Shown here: piece after piece, positions 8,087-16,086 of the stretch
Numbering within the stretch: the stretch's first letter is position 1
Layout: the number at the start of each line of letters is the position of its first letter
Assembly (NCBI GenBank): GCA_040904565.1
Contig: JBBDTI010000087.1
Span: 1-16,444 of the forward strand
Length of the DNA: 16,444 nt
Source of the DNA: Rhodothermales bacterium
GTDB lineage: Bacteria; Bacteroidota; Rhodothermia; Rhodothermales; VXPQ01
Direction: 5' to 3'
The notes under the pieces: generated by a model
What the model was told of the DNA's origin: nothing
Database searches by the model: none
The model's input: the letters and a program-made list of their open reading frames with translations, nothing else
Program-made: the position numbers and the translations under genes

Positions 8087-9115
8087 TTACGCGCCGAGAT
8101 GTGCCGCTACATCGTCGAGGTAGGCATCGACGTCCATGTCGCTGCCCGGCGGCGGCCCGATCGGATCTGCGACGTCGGCCTCCGGATCGTAGAGGACCTC
8201 GACCGTGGCGGCGACGGACGAGGCGAGCGCGTCCGCGTCGTATCCCCCTTCCATCAGGGCCACGAGACGACCGTCGCAGCAAACATCCGACCAGGATGCT
8301 ATCTCTCTCGCGATGGATGCGAATCCGCTCGTCGTGAGGCGCAGCCCTCCGAGCGGGTCTTTCCAGTGTGCGTCGTACCCCGCCGAGAGGAGAATCAGTT
8401 CGGGCCGGAACCGGAGGGCGAGAGGGCGCAGTATCGATCCGAAGATGCGTTCGTACGCCGCATCGCCGGTGCCGGACGGGACGGGGACGTTGTACGTGGT
8501 GCCGTCACCTGCTCCGCGGCCGCATTCACGCAACTGACCCGTGCCCGGGTAGAGCGGTGACTGGTGCACGCTAACGTAGGCGACACGAGGATCCTCGTAG
8601 AAAATGTCCTGCGTACCATTGCCGTGATGCACGTCGAAATCGACGATCAGTACGCGGTCGACGCCGGCTTCGTTCTGGGCCCAGCGAGCCGCGATGGACG
8701 CATTGGAAAACAGGCAGAATCCCATCGCGCGGTCGGCCGTGGCGTGGTGTCCGGGTGGACGGATGGCCGCAAAGCCGCGGGCAGCGTGTCCGTCGAGCAC
8801 GGCCCGGGTCACGGACACCGCGCATCCGGCCGCATCCAACGCCGCCCGGTAGCTTGCCGGCGTGACGTACGTATCGGGATCCAACCGTGTGGGACCCCGC
8901 TCGGCGGCGTCTCGTACGGCGCGGACGTGCTCGCTCGCGTGGACGAGCAGAAGGTCTCGTTCCGTGGCCGGCGCGGCGTCGATGCGCCGGAGGTACTTCC
9001 AGGTGGGATTTTTTTCGAGCCGCGTCATGACCGCATCGAGGCGCTCGGGTCGCTCCACGTGTCCGGGGCTGAAGTGCTCCCGGTGGCTTTCATTGTATGC
9101 TATCACCGTGCGCAT
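8087..9115 (-). CDS. Histone deacetylase family (Zn-dependent, class II-like) deacetylase
   Basis: HVERPERL, RPPGHHA, MGFCLF, DFDVHHGNGTQ, SAGYDAH..DPLG and EGGY motifs. Confidence 0.95.
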   Translation of the reverse strand: MRTVIAYNESHREHFSPGHVERPERLDAVMTRLEKNPTWKYLRRIDAAPATERDLLLVHASEHVRAVRDAAERGPTRLDPDTYVTPASYRAALDAAGCAVSVTRAVLDGHAARGFAAIRPPGHHATADRAMGFCLFSNASIAARWAQNEAGVDRVLIVDFDVHHGNGTQDIFYEDPRVAYVSVHQSPLYPGTGQLRECGRGAGDGTTYNVPVPSGTGDAAYERIFGSILRPLALRFRPELILLSAGYDAHWKDPLGGLRLTTSGFASIAREIASWSDVCCDGRLVALMEGGYDADALASSVAATVEVLYDPEADVADPIGPPPGSDMDVDAYLDDVAAHLGA

Positions 9116-9126
9116 GTGAGGAGACG

Positions 9127-10431
9127 TTACCGTGAGCTCGCGGAGGCACGCTCGAGATCGACCTCCTTCGGATAGCAGACGAACGGTTTGACGACCGAGC
9201 GGCTCAGGGCAGAGACGGCGGCGGCGTCCACGGTCTCGGAGAGCTCGTTGACGGTTCCCGATCGGTCGAGCACGCGTATGCTGTCGTGCAGCTGTTCGTA
9301 GGCGGAGTGACGGGTATCGTCCTGCGTGATGTAGTAAGGGGCGTCAGCTGCCGCGTCCATCTCCGTGGAGAGCCCCGACGACACGAGCCAGGCCCCGATC
9401 CGGCGTCGCCATTCGTGGATTCGGTCCTCGTCGGCGGGTTCGGACAGGAACGTGACGCGGAAAAAATCACGGTCGATAAATCGGCGGCAGAGATCGGACA
9501 GAACGGGATCGTCGTGATACATGCACTGCTTGAGGCTGTAGATGACGTCCGTGTCGTCGAGCCGGCAGAACTGTTCGAGTACGTCCGGGCGGCTGATGTC
9601 CTCGACGCCCAGCTCGTGGGAGAGGAAAAACAGGAGCGAGGGCGAACAGCGCGACGAGAGGTCGGCCGGGTCGTTCTGCAACAGGTGGCGGATGCGCGCG
9701 AACACGGCTCGGAGCAGCTGATCGCCGGCCAGGACGGTCTTGTGGAGATAGACCTGCCAGTACATGAGCCGGCGAGAGATAATGTAGTTTTCCACGGCAT
9801 AGATCCCTTTCGACTCGATTACGATGCGCGAGTCCGGGCCTCCGTCGGACGGGTGTGAGCGCATCGTCTTGATGATGCGCTGAACGCCTACTTCACCCTC
9901 TACGACACCCGTGTAAAACGAGTCGCGACGGAGGTAATCCAGCCGATCCATGTCCAGCTGGCTCGAAACCAGCTGGTGAAAGAAGGGTCGATCGTAGGTG
10001 TCGTCGAACATCCGGAGCGCGAGATCGAGCGCGCCGCCGAAGCGCTCGTTGAGGGCCACGATCAGCTCGCGGCTCATGTCTTCGTGACGGAAACCGGAAA
10101 TAAACTCGTGTTCGAGCGTGTGAGAGAAAGGACCGTGCCCGATGTCGTGAAGCAACGCCGCCGTCAGCGCGGCCGTGTATTCCTCGGAGGTGACGGACGT
10201 ACCCTTTTCCACGAGGTTGGACAGGGCATCCTGCATCAGGGCCATCGCTCCCAGGGCGTGGCCAAAACGGGTATGCTCGGCTCCCGGGAAGACGAGATGT
10301 CCGATGCCGAGTTGCCGTATGCGTCGGAGCCGCTGAACCTCCGGAGTCTGGATCAGATCCATGATCCGATTTTTGGGCACGGAGATGAACCCGTGGACCG
10401 GGTCGGAGAATATTTTGAATCGGCTCGTCAC
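9127..10431 (-). CDS. HD-domain phosphohydrolase, SAMHD1/dNTP triphosphohydrolase-like
   Basis: DPVHG, QRLRRIRQLG, HTRFGHALG, LLHDIGHGPFSH, LDMDRLDYLRRD and MYWQVYLHK motifs. GTG start. Confidence 0.92.
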   Translation of the reverse strand: MTSRFKIFSDPVHGFISVPKNRIMDLIQTPEVQRLRRIRQLGIGHLVFPGAEHTRFGHALGAMALMQDALSNLVEKGTSVTSEEYTAALTAALLHDIGHGPFSHTLEHEFISGFRHEDMSRELIVALNERFGGALDLALRMFDDTYDRPFFHQLVSSQLDMDRLDYLRRDSFYTGVVEGEVGVQRIIKTMRSHPSDGGPDSRIVIESKGIYAVENYIISRRLMYWQVYLHKTVLAGDQLLRAVFARIRHLLQNDPADLSSRCSPSLLFFLSHELGVEDISRPDVLEQFCRLDDTDVIYSLKQCMYHDDPVLSDLCRRFIDRDFFRVTFLSEPADEDRIHEWRRRIGAWLVSSGLSTEMDAAADAPYYITQDDTRHSAYEQLHDSIRVLDRSGTVNELSETVDAAAVSALSRSVVKPFVCYPKEVDLERASASSR

Positions 10432-10573
10432 GATTGGCTAAAATAAACAATCCGCTCGTTCCGGCTCCATGAATCCGCCGTGTGGTTCCGTAAGGCATCC
10501 TGCCGACGAGCCGGGGCTCAACCGAACCGGCGGATCCGACCGTTAGATCGTCGAACACGAACAGCAGGCACGC

Positions 10574-11983
10574 TTGGCTATCGTATCCGCAGGAAAATCC
10601 GTTCCGTGTCGCGTGGACGTGCGCCCGTCTCTCGTGCCCAAAATGCGGTTCGCCCTTCGCATGCTCCTCGTGCCGTTGGGCCTGGAACCGGACTGGATCG
10701 AGGAGGATCGCGTGGACGGAGCGCTGTATTACGGGGCGAATCCCGAACGGGCTTCGGCCGCGCGGGTGGTCTTTCCGTACGCATCCTCCGCCGCGCCATT
10801 TTTCGAACGCACGGCTCCGTTCGACGTGAAAAATGCGGCGCGGCATCGCCTGGCATCGCGTGAAGTACCGGTCTTCTTCGTTGACGAGCATGGGCGACCC
10901 GATCTCGTCGCGTCGAGCTTTTTGTGGCTCAGCGGTTGGCAGGAGTGGACGGACGGGCGCCGCGACGAGCACGGCCGCGTTCGATACGCCGACGCACTGT
11001 CCGCGCAGTTTGATACGGCCCTACACCCGGTCGTGGACGCATATCGCGTGGACGTCGAACGGCAGCTTCAGGCCGGCGGAATGGAGGTGAAGCGGCGTAG
11101 GTGGGGAGACGACCGCTGGGCTTTTTGCGCGACGCACGACGTAGACTATCTGCGCAAATGGCGCCCGGGCATTCTGTATAGAGAGTTCGTCGACTATCTG
11201 CTGCTCAACCGGCGCGGCGATTCCTTCGCAGAGCGGATACGTCGAACGATGCACGTACTGGGTGCGATGGGTGGACAGGACCCCTATCGGCGTGCCATGG
11301 AGGAGATGCCGCGTCTGGTGACCGATAAAGGGGGTACGGCCACGTACTTCGTTAAGTCGGGAGGAGAGGATCCGCACGACGTACCCTATCGGGTGGATTC
11401 GACGTTTATGCGCACGTGGCTGGCGCGGTTGGCGGCGAGCGGGTTCGAGGTCGGACTGCACCCCAGCTACGTGACGGTTGACGAGCCGAAACGATTGGAG
11501 AGCGAGAAGCAGCGATTGGACCGTGTCGCATCTCGTCCCGTCGTGTCGGTCCGCCAGCACTATCTGCGATTCGACCCGGCGACGACGCCTGCTCTCTACG
11601 ATCGCCTGGGATTCGAGGTGGACAGCACGCTGGGCTTTGCCGAGCACGAGGGGTTCCGGAGGGGGACCTGCCTGCCCTACCAGCTCTACGATCTGGAACG
11701 GGATCGTCCGACGAAGGTGTGGGAAATGCCGTTGGGATTGATGGATTCCGCACTATTCAACCGGCGCAGGCTGAGTGCGGACCAGGCCCTCCGCGCGGTG
11801 CAGGAGCTTGCGTCCGCGTGCAAACAGCACGGCGGCGTGCTCGTCGGCCTCTGGCACACCACGCTGGGTGATGAAATGGACCATCCGGGATGGAAAGCCC
11901 ACTTCATCCGGTCTCTCGATCATGCGACGGAGGAAGGCGCCGCGATGTTCTCGCTCTCCGACGCCCTGAAGGAGTGGGCGTGA
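10574..11983 (+). CDS. Polysaccharide deacetylase family (CE4/NodB-like barrel) protein with N-terminal accessory domain (DUF7033-like)
   Basis: THDVD, EVGLHPSY, RQHYLR, DSTLG, FRRGTCLPY, EMPLGLMD and LWH motifs. Start uncertain (TTG 10574, GTG 10613 or ATG 10643). Confidence 0.85.
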   Translation: MAIVSAGKSVPCRVDVRPSLVPKMRFALRMLLVPLGLEPDWIEEDRVDGALYYGANPERASAARVVFPYASSAAPFFERTAPFDVKNAARHRLASREVPVFFVDEHGRPDLVASSFLWLSGWQEWTDGRRDEHGRVRYADALSAQFDTALHPVVDAYRVDVERQLQAGGMEVKRRRWGDDRWAFCATHDVDYLRKWRPGILYREFVDYLLLNRRGDSFAERIRRTMHVLGAMGGQDPYRRAMEEMPRLVTDKGGTATYFVKSGGEDPHDVPYRVDSTFMRTWLARLAASGFEVGLHPSYVTVDEPKRLESEKQRLDRVASRPVVSVRQHYLRFDPATTPALYDRLGFEVDSTLGFAEHEGFRRGTCLPYQLYDLERDRPTKVWEMPLGLMDSALFNRRRLSADQALRAVQELASACKQHGGVLVGLWHTTLGDEMDHPGWKAHFIRSLDHATEEGAAMFSLSDALKEWA

Positions 11984-11995
11984 ATGCAGCCGCGC

Positions 11996-12850
11996 TCAGA
12001 ATCCCTCGGCAGACAGATGTTCGACCACGCTCACGTAGAAGGCGTTCGCATCGAAGGCACTCTGGCCGGGAGTCAGTCCGACCTGCTGCCCGTGATCCGC
12101 ATCGATGGTTCCGAGAAAAGTCCCCCACCTGGCGCTTTCGACCGAGACGAATCCGTCGTTCACGCCCTCGCGCGGAAACAGTCTGTCGTTAAGGATGCGA
12201 AGGACGGGATTGATGGGTGCGTCCGTTCCCTTGCCTGCCTGCGCAGCGTAGGAGTAATAGCGGACGGAGGGATGATCCGGTACGTCGGCGTTGAATACCT
12301 CGTCAACGTAAGACGGGGTGAGCTCCGCGACGGACCGAAGAAAGTCGGCCGACGCATCCTCCAGGGCACGGTCCCCCATCCAGTTGAGTACGTCCGCCAT
12401 CCATTTTCGCGCCCACTCCGGCTGTTCGAGCACGAGATCCGCGATCCCGGTGCCGTGATGCGGCGTCGAAATCGTGACGAGCGCGGCCACACGATCGTGC
12501 ATGCCGACGGTGCTGATAAGATAGCGCGCGTCGAGACCGCCCATCGACTGGGCGATGACATTGAGCCGGCGCGCACCGGTTTCCCGCAGGATGTGGTCGA
12601 GACGCGCCTTCCACATGTCCGCTCGATATCGGACCGTATTGTACGGCGCGACGTTCGGGGCGAAGGCGGGGACGCCGTGCTCGCGCAGGTGCATCGCTTC
12701 CTCGTGGAGATGTCCGCCCCTGAACAGGGATGCGAAGATGCCGAATCCGTGCATGAGAACGACCGGATACCGGCTGCGGATGAACCGCGGCTGCGGGAAG
12801 GGTTCGAGTCCGGCTACGTGCTGCCAGGAGGATTCGACGAGATCGGGCAC
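11996..12850 (-). CDS. Alpha/beta-hydrolase, triacylglycerol lipase family
   Basis: PVVLMHG oxyanion segment, nucleophile elbow IAQSMGGLDARY, TISTPHHG, catalytic Asp in NDGFV and His in ADH. No signal peptide evident. GTG start. Confidence 0.9.
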   Translation of the reverse strand: MPDLVESSWQHVAGLEPFPQPRFIRSRYPVVLMHGFGIFASLFRGGHLHEEAMHLREHGVPAFAPNVAPYNTVRYRADMWKARLDHILRETGARRLNVIAQSMGGLDARYLISTVGMHDRVAALVTISTPHHGTGIADLVLEQPEWARKWMADVLNWMGDRALEDASADFLRSVAELTPSYVDEVFNADVPDHPSVRYYSYAAQAGKGTDAPINPVLRILNDRLFPREGVNDGFVSVESARWGTFLGTIDADHGQQVGLTPGQSAFDANAFYVSVVEHLSAEGF

Positions 12851-12898
12851 GATAGAATATCGGGGTTGGTTCCGCAGGTCGGGACCAGAGACGCCAAG

Positions 12899-13699
12899 TT
12901 ACAGGGAAAAGACGAGAAGGACGGCGGCTATCACCAGCGGTACCCGCACGTTGTCGTTGACGGGCCAGTCGGGCACCTCCATGGCGGCACCGGTCAGGGC
13001 CGCCGTAAGAGCCGCTGGAAAGGAAATGTGGGCGTAGGGCAGCAAGCCCAACAGCACGACGACGCCGAAGGCGGCCGATCCCTCCACCGTGCGCCGTGTG
13101 TTCTTCCAGCGGTGACGTCCGAATCGGATGCCGACGATGGCGGCCGCCGCATCGGCCACCATGAACGCGGCAAATGCGGGAGCCGCAAGGTGAACCGGAA
13201 AAGCAATCGTCAGAAGCGTGGCAGAGACGAGCACCCACGTTGCTCCGTTGATGATGGGCAGGCCGTTGGTCGGTCGAAGCTCTTCCGGCCGCATCATCCG
13301 GCCGAATATCACGTCGACGAGCGCTGAAAAGCGCTCGGATCTGGAACGAATGACGTCAGCGACCGCGGCCACCATCGTGAGGGGCACCAGTACGACCAGC
13401 GCGGCCGGCCTGCCGAGGACGTACATGCCTAAAGGGATCACGAGAGCCAGCAGGTGGAGCCCCTTGCGCAGCAGCTCACCTGACAGGGGGAGAGAGGTGA
13501 GACTCCGAGGAGGCTCGGTCGCGGACGTGTCGCCTTCCGACTGTGGAGCGGAGGAGACCCGGCCGGAGCGTCCCTCTGCCCACATCTCCGATGCGGCGCT
13601 TGAGGACGGCTCCGTCGTGGCGTCGGACTGCTGCGTGGGCGTCTTGCTCGTTGGAATCTCTTCTCGCGCGTTATGACGTGTCGGGTCGTGACTCGACAT
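12899..13699 (-). CDS. SEC59/DGK1/VTE5 family CTP-dependent lipid (diacylglycerol/polyprenol/phytol) kinase
   Basis: ELLRKGLH, ADAAAAIVG.RFGRHRW...RTVEGSAAF and DNVRVP motifs in a polytopic membrane domain. ATG 13699 (or 13585) preferred over the 13945 ORF-track start. Confidence 0.85.
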   Translation of the reverse strand: MSSHDPTRHNAREEIPTSKTPTQQSDATTEPSSSAASEMWAEGRSGRVSSAPQSEGDTSATEPPRSLTSLPLSGELLRKGLHLLALVIPLGMYVLGRPAALVVLVPLTMVAAVADVIRSRSERFSALVDVIFGRMMRPEELRPTNGLPIINGATWVLVSATLLTIAFPVHLAAPAFAAFMVADAAAAIVGIRFGRHRWKNTRRTVEGSAAFGVVVLLGLLPYAHISFPAALTAALTGAAMEVPDWPVNDNVRVPLVIAAVLLVFSL

Positions 13700-13974
13700 C
13701 GGCTCTGATATACGTGATGGATGCCGGACCGGCTTCGCTCGACGGCAGGTGCCCCGTTTGGTTCGGAGGGCCGGCAGACGCTGCCGGAAGCCCTGCGTTC
13801 TGGATCTGCCGCGGCCCCCAGGACGCCGTCGGAGCGAACAGAAGACCCGCGCAAAAGTTCGTTGCCACCGTGCGAACGATTCGTGTCGCCCGCTCGTGCA
13901 ATCTACGGCAGCCGACTGAAATCTACGTGGGCTCCCTTGGAACATAGCGAACGCAGGTACTTATTCTCCGGGCT

Positions 13975-15054
13975 ATGCCTGACTTCAAACCGCTACAAAA
14001 CGAGCTTTTTCTTCGAGCGGCCCGTGGGGAAGATACACCCCGGGCCCCCGTATGGATGATGCGTCAGGCCGGCAGGTACCTGCCGGAATACCGTGCCCTC
14101 CGAGCCGAAGAGGCCTTCTTCGAGGTCTGCAGGACCCCGGCGCTGGCGGCCGAGGTTACCCTGCAGCCGATCGAACGCTTCGAGCTCGATGCCGCCATCA
14201 TCTTTTCGGACATCCTCGTCGTACCGCAGGCGATGGGCATGGACGTGCGCATCGTTAAGGGTGAGGGGCCCCGTTTCGACGCCCCCCTGGACGAGCCGCG
14301 AGACCTCGAGCGGCTCCTGACACCCGACGTAAAGAACGATCTCGGCTACGTCTTCGATGCGCTGACGCATACGCGTGAGGATCTGGCGGGCCGCGTGCCG
14401 TTGATCGGATTCTGCGGTGCACCGTGGACGCTGATGGCTTACATGATCGAGGGCGGCGGCAGCAAGCACTTCGTAAAGGCGCGATCGTGGTTGTACCGGT
14501 ATCCGGAGGCTTCCCGCGAGCTGCTTGAGACGCTGACGGATCTGCTGATAGAGTATCTGGTAGGGCAGGTCGATGCCGGGGCGCAGGCCGTGCAGATCTT
14601 CGATTCGTGGGCCGGACTACTGGGTCCGTCCGAGTTTCAAACGTTTGTTCTTCCGTCGCTACGTCGGATCGCGCGGAGCTTAAAGGAATTCAGGCCGGAG
14701 GTTCCGAGCATCGTATTTGCCCGTGGGGCGCACTACGCCCCGGCCATGCTAGCGGAGACGGACTTCGACGTCATCAGCCTGGACTGGTCCATGGATCCTC
14801 GAGACGTTCGTCCGCTAGTCGGCGAGAAGGTGCTGCAGGGCAACCTCGATCCGGCCGTCCTTTTTGCAGAACCTGAGATCATCCGGGACGAGGTACGCCG
14901 CATGCTCTCCCAGTTCGGGACGACGCGGCACATCGCCAATCTGGGGCATGGGATGCATCCCGACCACGATCCTGAACGGGCACAGGTGTTTATCGACGCC
15001 GTGCACGAAATTTCGGAAGAGCTTCGATCCGCCCAGCCGGTGTCGAGCGCGTGA
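13975..15054 (+). CDS. hemE: Uroporphyrinogen decarboxylase
   Basis: PVWMMRQAGRYLPEY, IFSDIL, GAPWTLMAY, QIFDSW, LQGNLDP and NLGHG motifs. Confidence 0.98.
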   Translation: MPDFKPLQNELFLRAARGEDTPRAPVWMMRQAGRYLPEYRALRAEEAFFEVCRTPALAAEVTLQPIERFELDAAIIFSDILVVPQAMGMDVRIVKGEGPRFDAPLDEPRDLERLLTPDVKNDLGYVFDALTHTREDLAGRVPLIGFCGAPWTLMAYMIEGGGSKHFVKARSWLYRYPEASRELLETLTDLLIEYLVGQVDAGAQAVQIFDSWAGLLGPSEFQTFVLPSLRRIARSLKEFRPEVPSIVFARGAHYAPAMLAETDFDVISLDWSMDPRDVRPLVGEKVLQGNLDPAVLFAEPEIIRDEVRRMLSQFGTTRHIANLGHGMHPDHDPERAQVFIDAVHEISEELRSAQPVSSA

Positions 15055-15749
15055 TGCCCGGTCGGCTGGACGTACTGCATCTGGACAACCACCTCCTCGT
15101 CGTCAACAAGCCGGCCGGTCTGCTCGTGCAGGAGGACGCAACGGGCGACCCCGATCTGCTTCGACTCGGCAAGCAATTCATCAAGGAGCGTTTCGATAAA
15201 CCGGGCAACGTGTATCTCGGCCTCGTCCACCGACTGGACCGGCCGGCATCCGGCGTCGTCGTGCTGGCGCGAACGTCTAAGGCGGCCGCCCGTCTGTCGG
15301 ATCAGTTTCGGCGGCGCACACCGGAGAAAGACTATCTCGCCGTCGTCGAGGGCTCGTGTGCCGGTGCCGGACTGCGCCGTGACGTCCTCGTGAAGGAGGA
15401 GGACGGGCGCGTCCGCGTCGCCAGGTCCAGTGAATCCGCCGGGAAGTCTGCCAGCCTGCAGTGGCGTTCGGTAGCGGAAAAAGATGGACTCACGCTCCTT
15501 TCCGTACGATTGCACACGGGCCGGAAGCACCAGATTCGTGTACAGGTTGCGGCGATGGGCCACCCGATCCTGGGTGACTTCAGATACGGTGCCGAGCGGG
15601 AACTCGACGGCCGGAATCTCGCCCTCCATTGCTACCGCCTGGCCGTCATCCATCCCACGAATGAGGAGTGGACGTCGTTTTCCGCGGGGCCGGACTGGCC
15701 CGGGCTGTTCAGCGCGCAGATCGAGGCCCTCCTGGCGTCTGCCCGCTAG
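15054..15749 (+). CDS. RluA family pseudouridine synthase (no S4 domain)
   Basis: VNKPAGL, catalytic VHRLDRPASG, TGRKHQIR, HPILGDFRYG and LHCYRL...HP motifs. TGATG overlap with the hemE stop (alternative GTG 15051). Confidence 0.95.
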   Translation: MPGRLDVLHLDNHLLVVNKPAGLLVQEDATGDPDLLRLGKQFIKERFDKPGNVYLGLVHRLDRPASGVVVLARTSKAAARLSDQFRRRTPEKDYLAVVEGSCAGAGLRRDVLVKEEDGRVRVARSSESAGKSASLQWRSVAEKDGLTLLSVRLHTGRKHQIRVQVAAMGHPILGDFRYGAERELDGRNLALHCYRLAVIHPTNEEWTSFSAGPDWPGLFSAQIEALLASAR

Positions 15750-16043
15750 CTACTCGTCGATACGGAAGATGCGAGCCTGTTCCGCCGCGGTGGCGGGAGC
15801 GGGGAGCACGCATACGGTGTCCGTCCGCGACGGATCGACGACGATAGGAACGTAGTTGTAGGTTTCGAAGACGCCCTCCGACCGTTTGAACCGCTGGGCC
15901 ATAGCTCGGCGCATGCGCCGGTAGGCCCGCGGGCCGACCAGAATGCATTTTGCTTCGGCCTCCGCGTCGCGCAGCTCGCGGATCCGATCGTTTATGAAGT
16001 CGAGGATCTCGTCCTCGGGCGGACTGTATTCCAGTATCGTCAT
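15750..16043 (-). CDS. Probable A-domain-only (family 4, DUF1884-like) encapsulin/HK97-derived protein, 97 aa
   Basis: ATG at 16043 gives MTILEYSPPEDEILDFINDRIRELRDAEAEAKCILVGPRAYRRMRRAMAQRFKRSEGVFETYNYVPIVVDPSRTDTVCVLPAPATAAEQARIFRIDE. The helix - ILVG..AY helix - PIVVD - VCV pattern and size match DUF1884 proteins as recalled. The longer 16418 start overlaps hemF antisense and is rejected. Confidence 0.75.
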   Translation of the reverse strand: MTILEYSPPEDEILDFINDRIRELRDAEAEAKCILVGPRAYRRMRRAMAQRFKRSEGVFETYNYVPIVVDPSRTDTVCVLPAPATAAEQARIFRIDE

Positions 16044-16086
16044 GGTGCTCGAAACGGAGTCATGTGGATCAAGGCATAGATAACAG

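Noticed and set aside
12851-12901. Kinase and lipase genes are in the same frame, separated by one TAA and 16 sense codons (possible readthrough or split fusion)
   Set aside because: Same frame occurs one time in three and a short stop-free stretch is common at this GC content. TAA is the least leaky stop, and both proteins look complete.
11984-13327. 447-aa plus-strand ORF and other long overlapping ORFs (e.g. 5210..6364, 9893..10972, 14733..15653)
   Set aside because: They lie antisense to, or out of frame with, well-supported genes, have no recognisable motifs, and are expected from codon bias in GC-rich DNA.
13767-13794. Hairpin CCGGCAG-acg-CTGCCGG in the kinase/hemE divergent gap
   Set aside because: No U-tract, located between divergent genes, and a 7-bp GC stem is not significant alone.
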